A program made the translations under genes and the position numbers. DNA of 63,321 bases, counting the filler, from Chiloscyllium plagiosum (Eukaryota): the NCBI RefSeq assembly GCF_004010195.1. It is 4 parts of one record of this genome, joined end to end, with 100 filler letters (N's around TTAATTAATTAA, not from the genome) between each part and the next. Parts side by side here need not be neighbours in the genome. Positions count along the whole stretch, not along the records: positions 19,663 to 35,830 come from NC_057714.1; positions 35,931 to 54,766 come from NC_057714.1; 2 more parts are not named here. One strand, 5' to 3'. Numbering within the stretch: position 1 is the first letter of the stretch; the number at the start of each line of letters is the position of its first letter. The notes beneath the pieces are model-generated. The model saw nothing but the letters and a program-made list of their open reading frames with translations, ran no database searches and was not told where the DNA came from. This document shows, piece after piece, positions 26,755-36,935 of the stretch.

Positions 26755-26985
26755 CCATTAAAGATAAAGTCACCATATTCTTACCAGCCCACAGGGGTGC
26801 TCTCTCATTCGAGAGGGATGACTAGTGGTGATTTAACCTGAGTGTCACCACACCTCAGGCGAAGGGAAAGGTTGAGAAGGAGAATCCTTCATGGGAAGCT
26901 CAGCTAGTGTGGGAATTGAACCCACATTGTTGGTGTCACTTTGCATTGCAGACAAACTGTCCATGCCAAATGAACTAAATTGACT
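26755..26985 (-). mobile_element. tRNA-derived SINE (different family), next to an old pLTR-like fragment
   Basis: Minus-strand B box GGGTTCAATTCCC; 3' end GGTGACTTTATCTTTA. Confidence 0.6.
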
Positions 26986-27033
26986 TTTCATGAATGCTGC
27001 TACATTTTTCAATACTTATTTTGCATTGTATAG

Positions 27034-27179
27034 TCCATAGGAAATATCTACAAAGGTTTGGCGCAAACTGGTGCTTGGGGCTGCTTTGATGAGTTTAATC
27101 GGATCTCCATTGAGGTTTTGTCAGTCATTGCAGTGCAGGTTAAAACAATACAAGATGCCATCAAAAACAAGAAGAAAAG
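27034..27179 (+). CDS. DNAH11: Dynein heavy chain exon with AAA1 Walker B, 146 nt, phase 0-2
   Basis: gtatag|TCC...AG|gtgagt; [48 protein letters not shown](R). Confidence 0.97.
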
Positions 27180-27273
27180 GTGAGTGTAAAAGAATAAATG
27201 AACCAATTTCATTGCCCATTTATTAATGCATACTATTTTAGATGGTTTAATATATTTTATTTATTGTTCACAG

Positions 27274-27390
27274 ATTTGTTTTTCTTGGGGAAGACATTTC
27301 TTTGAAATCTGCAGTTGGCATATTTATAACAATGAATCCTGGTTATGCTGGTCGAACAGAACTACCAGAAAATCTTAAAGCACTTTTCAG
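27274..27390 (+). CDS. DNAH11: Dynein heavy chain exon with AAA1 sensor I, 117 nt, phase 2-2, GC donor
   Basis: tcacag|A...AG|gcaagt; [38 protein letters not shown](R); preceded by a 94-nt intron. Confidence 0.96.
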
Positions 27391-29397
27391 GCAAGTGTAG
27401 TTGGCTATCTTGAGTACTGCTGGTATTGTCCACTGAGTGTTGGAGCAGATTACTGAGATTTGTAAGTGCGATGGAAAAATGTTTTTGTAATAACTGCTAC
27501 AGTTGATAAAGTACTGCCCATATTCTGGTCGTTCTGTTGGGATGACAATGGTCTGCTGCAGTGATCAGTGAGGACCCCCTGTCAGTTTCATGGGAGAAGG
27601 TCTGATGGAGTCATCTACCATTCAGGTTGGAGTCCTTGGTGATAGAGGTCTACCTTGCAGAGAGTTGCTAGACAATCAGAGGCCTGCAGCTCCTAATGCC
27701 ATCCGTGCCAATGTGAAGGTTGGCAGCTGGTGGCATTACACCCACCAGTGGTTCAGACCATTGTGGGATCAATACCAAATAGAGAGCAAAGTTAAGATGG
27801 GAAGTGTCTGGTTGGAGTCTGCAGGAGAGTGAGGAAAGCAGAGGCAAGGGCAGTGGGGGTGGTGGTTAGCTTTTAGCGGTCTGCCTGTCTGTGCCAGGTC
27901 CCTTGATCAACACAGAGTGAATAATAGTGTCAGCTGATTAATTACTGGATGTAATTTTGACATTGCCCCACTGGGAATCTGCAGTCAACTCCTTTCACCC
28001 TCCCAATTAAATTAGTTTTGCTGTCACCAGGAAATAGATGTGAGGCTCCTTTCATGATCAGGTTGGTGCTATGTTTCCCACCATTTTTTAATAGAAATAC
28101 TAGCCACCAAAACACTAAATACAGCATATTGGGGGAAAAAAAACTTTTCACTGTTAGCTTTAACAAAATTCATTTCAATGAAAATAGTCTCTGTCTAAAA
28201 CAGTTTAGTTTCAGTGCACAAACACACACTGTTGAATGTTTCTATAAGTAATTTTGACTTCTAGTGATAGTGCAGCACAGATGATATTAGGTTACCTCAT
28301 TAAATATCACTGATTTTCATTTAACTGGGAGAAATGTAAACCAAAGTAGCCAATGTTTATAGCCCTTTTTATACCAACGCTTAAAATGAGAATGATCCCC
28401 TTTTGAGTATTGCTTTTTGTGACTCTATCATGCAGACAATTTGCACAAACGTTGTTTAAAAATATATATAGTGTGTTATTAGGAACTACCCACTTACTTT
28501 GATCCCACTGAAGTTAATAATCCATTTTTTTAACCAAAACAATCAAATCCTGATCATTTTTTCTCTTTGTCTTTGTAATTTGCACCTCTGTTTGAACAAT
28601 GCACTCATTTCAACATCTTTGGTGTTTAATGTTTCAAATAAAACATTGTGGCAAAAAAAAAACAAGAGGACCATCTTAGAACTGATGCATGGACTGCAGT
28701 TTAAGGAAGTGTGTTATGGCTATTGCCATCAAATTTAAAACAAGGATCAGCTGACTATTGGCTAGCAGGAAGTGGCCAATTGAAGTCAGTGAAATTTATT
28801 GTAGTGCTTTATCCAGACTGGTGTTGCAGGCTCAGTGTGGGCATTGGGGTGAGGTGGAGGGTGTTGGTGGGAAGAGCCTGTGCGCTGGTGTTTCACACGG
28901 CGACCCATTATCGCTGTCACATATACAACCTGGAGGGTGAAAGGGGTTACCCTTCCAGGATTGTGGTTGCATCTTTGAAAATAACATGTTTGTAACATGT
29001 TGTACTTACAGCTCTATGTTTGGACTGTCTGTCCATTGAAGGCATTCTCTCGACACCTACCCTGTCCAACCCACTCGTAGTTGTAAAGATCTCTATTAGA
29101 TCACCTTGAATAGTTTCTTCTCTTCTGCATATGTAAAGCCCAATCTCTTCAACAGCAATGTGCAACTAATCCATTGCTAATATTATTTAGAACACTGTGT
29201 ATCCAATGAGAAGAGATATTTCTGCATTGAATTACTGTGCATAGCATAAATGCCTGTAGCATCGTTGAGGAAGGGGCTCCTTTTTAAATTGTTTATTATT
29301 AGTTTATGATATGTGCAAAATGTATATAAATTCCATAGTATGGTTGAGTATATGCATTGAATGAATCTTGTCTCATGTATCTTGTTTCTCTTTTTAG

Positions 29398-29536
29398 GCC
29401 TTGTGCTATGGTTGTCCCTGATATTGAACTGATTTGTGAGATTATGCTGGTTGCAGAAGGGTTTTTAGATGCCAAGTTGTTGGCCAGAAAATTCATCACT
29501 TTGTATACTCTTTGTAAAGAGCTACTTTCGAAACAG
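29398..29536 (+). CDS. DNAH11: Dynein heavy chain exon, 139 nt, phase 2-0
   Basis: ttttag|G...CAG|gttttc; [46 protein letters not shown]. Confidence 0.96.
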
Positions 29537-31552
29537 GTTTTCCTTTTAATATTTCTTTGGCTGATGCTGATTTTCATAATCACTGTTTGCTTATGAAAAC
29601 ATTTGAAATTCAATGTATTTCAATGTGAATTTTACTTTAATGAGATAATTTTCTGATTTTTAATTTAGAAACGCCTGCAATATATAGCAGAGATTCTGAC
29701 ATGTTCCAGCTAATGAGGCATATTTCTGGCATTAAGAAAATCAGAAAATTACATCTCAAATGCTTGCATTTGGTGTACTGCATGTTAATGTTAAGCGTAT
29801 AGTTTTGATGCTAACTTTAGAGCAGCAGTTTTCTTCGAATTTCTTCTGCTTCACCACCAAGAATGCACTGAAATTCCATAAAGGTGTTTCCAGCACACTT
29901 CCAGTAAAATTGCGATGGAGTGGGAGTATTTCCGAGGAAATGTTGGCTTAAATTTGTAAACGTTGATAGTGGAATATCCTATTAATGATTATTTCGTGTA
30001 CAAAATCAAGATGTTTTAAAGGTCATCTGACACAGTATCGTGTTTTGAAACCATTGCTTTGTTTAAAATGAAACATCTCAACTAAGTGCGACCAGAGGTC
30101 GTCACTTTTGTTTTGTATATTACAGCCCATGGAGTACTGAAAGGTAGTAAGAAAATGTCATAACAACTGCATGCTTTCATTGCCCACAATGAAACTGTCA
30201 GTAATTGTGATGTCATGTATTATAAGCAGGAAATTAGATGAAGATTAAAAATTCCAAAAAGGGAAAAGATTTTCATTAGCACTAACCGCCCACCATACTG
30301 ATAATTATATAGAACTAAAATGTCAGCCATGTCAGCAAGCATTTAAAGTTAGAATTCAAACAATAAAGGCCTCAGTCTAACAGTGTTATTTGCCATGTCT
30401 CTGTATGCTTTGGTATTTGTGGTATAAACTGATCATCAGTAGAAAAAGAATGCATCAATTTGGAAAACATAGTTGGCACTCGTCTGGAAAAGCTTGAGAT
30501 AACCTACTAAAACTGTATTGTTGATTTAACATCAGTGTTATAGAGTAGTAGTATCTTCCCTGAGAATTCCATTTTTGAATTTTCAGAAGAGTGAATGTTA
30601 GAGTATGTAATGTTCAAACTCCAATTCATGTGAGTTGTTTATAGCCAAAGGATGGATAGCCAAAGGATGCAATATATTGCAACCTATCATCTCATCTCAC
30701 TGTGTCTTCAGTGTTCAGTCCATGATTTATACATATCACAAGGGCCAAATTTAATCTCAGCAATCAGAGCAAGTTGTTAGTAAATGTGAGATTTCTAGTG
30801 GGAGGGAGAGAAAGCTCAATTATCTATAAAGAACTGATTGTATATTTGGAACATGAACCTTCCATTCTTGTCCTCCAACCTCAAATTCATTCGTTTAAAT
30901 GTGGAACATATATGCCTTTGCTAATGTAAATTCCCCGAACTTTGAGTGAGTAATTAAAGGAAGAGCTGCATTTATTACCCACACACCGCTCTTGAGCAGA
31001 AACACAGCTTTGCAGTCAGACGCCTGAGTATCGATTCACCAACATCAATGGGCATTACAATGTTGAAGAATTCAATTGTCAGGGTGTACTTTTATTAAAT
31101 GTGCAGCAACGTACTGCTGAAGCATCCAAGCATGTGATGTCCTGAAATTAATTAAGGAACTGTTGACCTAGAAGAGCGCTCAAAGAACTGTCAATTCCAT
31201 ACAGCAAAGGATGTAGCAAGCAGCCGGGGATGGGGGAAACAGCCTCGGGAGTGGCCAGAAGATTCAGTTGTGGTGTAATATCATCAGTGCCAGGTATGCA
31301 GGTAGCCGGTGGCCATCTTTGTCAGCCATCTTGGTGTTAATAACATAAATGCAGAAAAGAGAATTGTTCAGTTTTAGAGGGACTGACAAATTGAGTCATG
31401 TGTCATTGCTAGTCATGAAGCAAGCTTCATTACTTATAATTTTCAACCTTCTTTTGCTCAAGCAAGTGTTGGAAATACACAACAATTGTAAAGTTAAAAT
31501 GTCAATCTATTGCTGTATGTTGCTCACAACATTCAATTTGTCTCTTGTTAAG

Positions 31553-31645
31553 GATCATTATGACTGGGGTCTTCGTGCAGTGAAATCTGTTTTAGTTGTT
31601 GCTGGCTCACTTAAGAGAGGAGACAAAAATAGACCAGAAGATCAG
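31553..31645 (+). CDS. DNAH11: Dynein heavy chain exon (AAA1 sensor II region), 93 nt, phase 0-0
   Basis: gttaag|GAT...CAG|gtaatt; [31 protein letters not shown]. Confidence 0.96.
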
Positions 31646-31989
31646 GTAATTCAGAAATAAATAAATCATGCAGTCTCTCTCTCAGACCACTTTAAATCCT
31701 GAGATAGTGAACAAGTTCAGAGAAGTTGCTGTCTATTTTGGGTTGATGGATTTTATTGACTTATAGTTAATGGGTTGTGACTAATAAACAAGCATTTTGC
31801 ATACATTTATTCTGTTTCCACTTTCCCTCATTCTTTTCTGTTCTCTCCCTGTCCTATGATTCTTTAGAATTTAATTGTACTCATAATCTAACTGTGATCA
31901 CCTTTGCTCTACCTATTTAACTTAGCCTATTTTATTTCCATAGGGAAATTTGTAATTTACCCTGAATGCAGTACTGCCTTGTATTCAAC

Positions 31990-32225
31990 AAAGGCAAAAT
32001 ACTATGAATATAGAAATCAAAAGTTAAAAACAGAAAGAGCTTGAGCAGCTCAGCATATCAGGTAGAATCAGTGGGGAGTGAAACAGACTTAATATGCGGA
32101 GTCCAATATTATTCTTCCGAAGGATTTCCAAAGCAAGCTCATGTTGAACTTAAAACATTAATTCTGATGCTTTCTCTGCAAGTATTACTAGACCTGTTGA
32201 GTTTCTCTAGCACTTCCTGTTTTCA
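31990..32225. mobile_element. Old palindromic Penelope-pLTR-like element (second family)
   Basis: Left arm AAAACAGAAAGAGCTTGAGCAGCTCAGCA... is an imperfect reverse complement of right arm ...CCTGTTGAGTTTCTCTAGCACTTCCTGTTTTC; another arm fragment at about 32570-32672. Confidence 0.55.
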
Positions 32226-33066
32226 GTTAGGTCTTGTAGCCAAAGTCAGTTAGCTGAAAATTTCAACTTTCCCGATCCATTAATTGAAAGGAAGATTCCA
32301 GAGGTAAGTGTAGTTTTGCCCCAGTGTAGAAATTACTGCTACAACAACACCATGCCCTGTAAACATGCCCGGAAAGTGTATGGCTGAGTGAACCCAAAAG
32401 AGTTGCTTAAAGGTACATACAATAATTAATACTTCTGAAAAAATAATGCACTGAAAGAAAATTGCTCCAGTACAAGTGAGAATTTCAAATGTCCAAATGA
32501 AAATAATAATTAATATAAAAAAAAGATTATTTAATTTGACGTTTCAGCAACAGTAGGGCATGACTTCCATTTAACTCTGTTTCATTTTCCATAGATGCTG
32601 CCAGATCTGTTAAGTGTTTCCAGTATTTTCTGTTTTTATTTCAGATTTCCAGCATTTGTAATATTTTGCTTCAGAGGACCATTTCAGTTGTTTAGGTTAT
32701 GGCCCTGACCTTAGATGATTCAGATTACTTTTATACAGCAGTCTGGCACCCATGAGAGAGTTAATATAAATTGGCAGTGTAGAATAGTGTGGATATAATC
32801 TGTTGGAATGGTTATAATAATTACACTAATTGATATCATCGAAGTTTTCACCCTGTAAATACTCTTTCTGTTTGTCTTCTGGTCTCTTCAATGGGAGAGA
32901 TACGGACACATAGAGAATCAACAGAAATAACTTTCTGATACTGTTTGTTTGGAGTCAAGCCAGCTCTTCAGTGTAACTTCAATAATTTTTGATTTTTTTT
33001 CCTTTTCTAATATTGCTACAACCCTGTGATGAAAGTTATTGTAAAACATGTTCTTTCTTTTACAAG

Positions 33067-33261
33067 GTGTTAATGCGTGCTTTAAGGGATTTCAATTTGC
33101 CAAAGATTATCACCGATGATGTGCCCATTTTTATGGGGCTGACTGGTGATCTGTTTCCTACCCTGGATGTTCCTAGAAAGCGAGACCAGGAATTTGAACA
33201 GATGGTCAGACAGTCCACTCTGGAACTCAGCCTACAGCATGAAGAAAGCTTTATCCTCAAG
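33067..33261 (+). CDS. DNAH11: Dynein heavy chain exon, 195 nt, phase 0-0
   Basis: tacaag|GTG...AAG|gtgtga; [65 protein letters not shown]. Confidence 0.96.
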
Positions 33262-33899
33262 GTGTGAAATCTTTCATCTTTCAAGCACCTTTTTCCTTTT
33301 GTCATTAAAGTAACATTTTTTTTATTTAACTGGAAAATGTACGCCTTCGTTGAATTGTGCCATGTTAAATCTATGTTCCAAATCACAATTTTCTTGTGGT
33401 GCTGTCCATGATTAGTATTTGAATACTAATGAGTATGAGATGCATTTTTGTCAAAGGAAAATCAGACATTGTTTTTATCGTAATGCAGGAGAAATTATTG
33501 TAGTCCAAGAAATCAATAGGTAACTATTTGTTTGTAGGTTAGAATGTTACAAAAATAATGGACAGTATGTTTTGGGGGTTGCTAGGCTGGAAAACATGGT
33601 AGGTGGAGGTGAGTTAATAAAATGAGTGAAAACAGTGGTTTCTCAACAGTTTGAAATGTAGAGATTAAGTCAGTGGTGTGATAGTGACAGGTCCTACTTG
33701 TAATACTTTTGCATCCCACGAATATTGGTTACAGTAAAACACTCAGAATTAAATGCTTCCTTCAAGATGAAAGCAGTGGCCTATAGGAATCTCTGGACAC
33801 CCTGTTCACATTTGTTTAAAGGGTAGTTAGCTTTGTGCTGTTATGTCATAGGCGTTTTATTTGTTAAACTCTGAAGAACAGGAGAATTGAGGACATTAG

Positions 33900-34560
33900 C
33901 TAGAAATATGAAAGACAATGGTAAGATTTCTCCAAGTAGCCAAAAAGGATAAGTGTAACTAATGAGAGTCTGGGGAATTGTTAATTAGAAATAAGATAAT
34001 GATGGAAATGTTGAACAGATATTTTGTATCTGTCATCACTGTAGAAAATTCAAATAACATCTCAGAAATACTTGTAATTTAAATGATGAAAGAAAGGGAG
34101 GAATTTAAAACAACTACCGGGGAAAGGTTACTGGGTTGTGTATGTGTTTAGAGAGGAACAGTGGGGTTTGGAATATTTGCAGTAAAGATTGAGAAGTCAT
34201 TAAGTCCTGATGGACTTCATCCCATGCCCCAAAGGAAGTCGCTATTGGGATTGCAAATGCATTTTTAAAATTTTTCCAAAATTCATTAATTTCTGGAAAG
34301 GTGACATCAGATTGAAAAGTCATAAATGTAATTCCTCTATTGAAAAATGTTGGGAAACAGAAAGTAAGTAACTACATACCAGTTAACTTAACATTAATCT
34401 TACTAAAATACTAGATTCTATTTTTAAGGAGTTTATAGTGAGGTAATTAGAAAATCTCATTATAATCAGAGACAACAGCATGGTTCTGTGAAAGGGAAAA
34501 CAAGTTTGACTAACTCATTAGACTCCTTTGAGGAAGTGATAAACAAAATAGATATTTTAG
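33900..34560 (+). mobile_element. Highly decayed CR1 ORF2 fragment
   Basis: Remnants of LNxYFxSVFT, GPDGLHP and CLTNLxxFFEEV coding motifs. Confidence 0.55.
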
Positions 34561-34743
34561 ATGAAAATGAGACAAACGTTTTCAAATGATAGCAGAGGCA
34601 GGCCCTCTAACAGTCATAGAAACAAGAAGCTAAATTGCGTAGCTAATTATAACCACTTTTACAAAACTAAACATTAAGTGTGGTCTTCTAACCAATTCTT
34701 TTAGTTTAAATAATTATGGTTGTCAATGTTGCCTTCATCCTAG

Positions 34744-34821
34744 GTGGTTCAGCTAGAAGAGTTGTTGGCTGTCCGTCATTCAGTCTTTGTAGTTGGAAAT
34801 GCTGGAACAGGAAAAAGTCAG
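34744..34821 (+). CDS. DNAH11: Dynein heavy chain exon with AAA2 Walker A, 78 nt, phase 0-0
   Basis: tcctag|GTG...CAG|gtgagc; [26 protein letters not shown] (absent from the ORF track). Confidence 0.95.
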
Positions 34822-34989
34822 GTGAGCAAGACAGTCTGCTGATCTGTAAGATTACTCACAAGAAATAACAGTTGCGACATTAGGTTGTATGCATATACTG
34901 AATAGTAGATAAACTGACTGGTATGTTTTCTTTTTATAAATTTGAACAGTTACATAATACATTGCACAAATCCCCAAAATGTTTTCTAT

Positions 34990-35445
34990 TCAATGAAGTT
35001 TTTTTTGGAGAGTAATTGCTATTGTAAAGTTAGGAAACCTGGCATCGTCACACAGATTTGATAATGACAAGGTAATCTTTTTTTTTGTGGGCTTGATTGG
35101 GGGATAAATATTGACTAAAGCAACAGGGAGGAGTTGAGAGTAGGGTGCTGGAAAAGCACAGGAGATCAGGCAACATCTGAGGAGCAGGAGAATCGACGTT
35201 TTGGGCATAAGCCCTTCATCAGGACTGAGGCTACAGCAACAGTGAGAGCAAGTTTTATTCTTTGCAATAGAGTCAAACAAACGTTTGCGTCCACTTGAGA
35301 AAAAACACTTCAGACTGTGTGACAGTCCCTCAGTACAGCATTGGATTGACAGTCGAGATTTTTGTGCTCAAACCTACAGAGTGGGATGGAGCCCACAATC
35401 TTCAGGCCTAGAGGCAAGAATGCTACCAGTAGAACCACTACTGAT
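34990..35445 (-). mobile_element. Old DeuSINE-like (SacSINE/AmnSINE type) element hosting a pLTR insertion
   Basis: Minus-strand head GTGG..CTGGTAGCATTCTTGCCTCTAGG...TTGAGCACAAAAATC...GTACTGAGGGA; a similar decayed copy lies at about 40490-40800. Confidence 0.5.
35191..35226 (-). ncRNA. Minimal type I hammerhead ribozyme motif in a Penelope pLTR fragment (35135-35226), with G12>A
   Basis: AGUC-CUGAUGA-A-GGGC(UUAU)GCCC-AAAA-CGUC-GAUU: helix I AGUC/GAUU, helix II hairpin, palindromic ACGU helix III. Confidence 0.7.
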
Positions 35446-35504
35446 TTAATTGAACATCATGTTGCCCACTGTCCAGTATTGAGAAATTTGTAGTTATTGA
35501 CCAT

Positions 35505-35830
35505 TCAATATTGCGTGCAGTTCTGGTCTCCTTCCTATCGGAAAGATGTTGTGAAACTTGAAAGGGTTCAGAAAAGATTTAGAAGGATGTTGCCAGGTTT
35601 GGAGGATCTGAGCTACAGGGATAGGCTGAACAGGCTGGGGCTGTTTTCCCTGGAGTGTCGGAGGCTGAGGGGTGACCTTATAGAGGTTTATAAAATCATG
35701 AAGGGCGTGGATAGGATAAATAGACAAAGTCTTTTCCCTGGGGTCAGGGAGTCCAGAACTAGAGGGCATAGGTTTAGGGTGAGAGGGGAAAGATATAAAA
35801 GAGACCTAAGGGGCAACTTTTTCATGCAGA
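35505..35830 (+). mobile_element. CR1 LINE RT C-terminal fragment ending at the spacer
   Basis: YCVQFWSPSYRKDVVKLERVQKRF...LRGDLIEVYKI...TRGH. Confidence 0.92.
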
Positions 35831-35930
35831 NNNNNNNNNNNNNNNNNNNNNNNNNNNNNNNNNNNNNNNNNNNNTTAATTAATTAANNNNNNNNNNNNNN
35901 NNNNNNNNNNNNNNNNNNNNNNNNNNNNNN
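35831..35930. other. Artificial contig spacer (44 N + TTAATTAATTAA + 44 N) at the dynein discontinuity
   Basis: Same construct as at 19563 and 54767. Confidence 0.97.
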
Positions 35931-36640
35931 TACTCCTACTTTCTTTATACTCTTCTAAGGATTCATCTCGATCTATCCTGTCTATACTTGACATATGCTT
36001 CCTTCTTTTTCTTAACCAAACCCTCAATTTCTTTAGTCATCCAGCATTCCCTATACCTACCAGCCTTCCCTTTCACCCTGACAGGAATATACTTTCTCTG
36101 GATTCTTGTTATCTCATTTCTGAAGGCTTCCCATTTTCCAGCCGTCCCTTTACCTGCGAACATCTGCCTCCAATCAGCTTTTGAACGTTCTTACATAATA
36201 CCATCAAACATGACTTTCCTACAATTTAGAACTTCAACTTTTAGATCTGGTCTATCCTTTTCCATCATTGTTTTAAATCTAATGGAATGATGGTCGCTGG
36301 CCCCAAAGTGCTCCCCCACTGACACCTCAGTCACCTGCCCTGCCTTATTTCCCAAGAGTAGGTCAAGTTTTGCACCTTCTCCACATACTGAATCAGAAAA
36401 TTTTCTTGTACACGCTTAACAAATTCCTCTCCATCTAAACCCTTAACACTATGGCAGTCCCAGTGTATGTTTGGAAAGTTAAAATCCCCTACCATAACCG
36501 CCCTGTTATTCTTACCGATAACTGAGATCTCCTTACAAGTTTGTTTCTCAATTTTCCTCTGACTGTTAGGGGATCTATAATACAGTCCCAATAAGGTGAT
36601 CATCCCTTTCTTATTTCTCAGTCCAACCCAAATAACATTC
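35931..36640 (-). mobile_element. CR1 ORF2 APE endonuclease fragment
   Basis: LGLYYRSPNS, VGDFNFPNIHW, WMTKEIEGLVKKKKEAY. Confidence 0.88.
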
Positions 36641-36667
36641 CCCCCTCCCCCTCACCTTACTAGTTAA

Positions 36668-36935
36668 ATTCCCGGATTCAATTCCCGCCTCAGGCGACTG
36701 ACTGTGTGGAGTTTGCACGTTCTCCCCGTGTCTGCGTGGGTTTCCTCCGGGTGTTCCGGTTTCCTCCCACAGTCCAAAGATGTGCAGGTCAGATAAATTG
36801 GCCATGCTAAGTTGCCCGTAGTGTTAGGTAAGGGGCAAATGTAGGGGTATGGGTGGGTTGCACTTCGGCGGGGCGGTGTGGACTTGTTGGGCCGAAGGGC
36901 CTGATTCCACATTGTAAGTAATCTAATCCAATCTA
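36668..36935 (+). mobile_element. HE1/V-SINE-type SINE, 5'-truncated
   Basis: Close match to the 17071-17383 copy; TCTAA-type tail. Confidence 0.9.

Noticed and set aside
30641..30669. 15-bp tandem duplication (and a 17-bp repeat at 59927-59964)
   Set aside because: Ordinary local duplications with no associated element.
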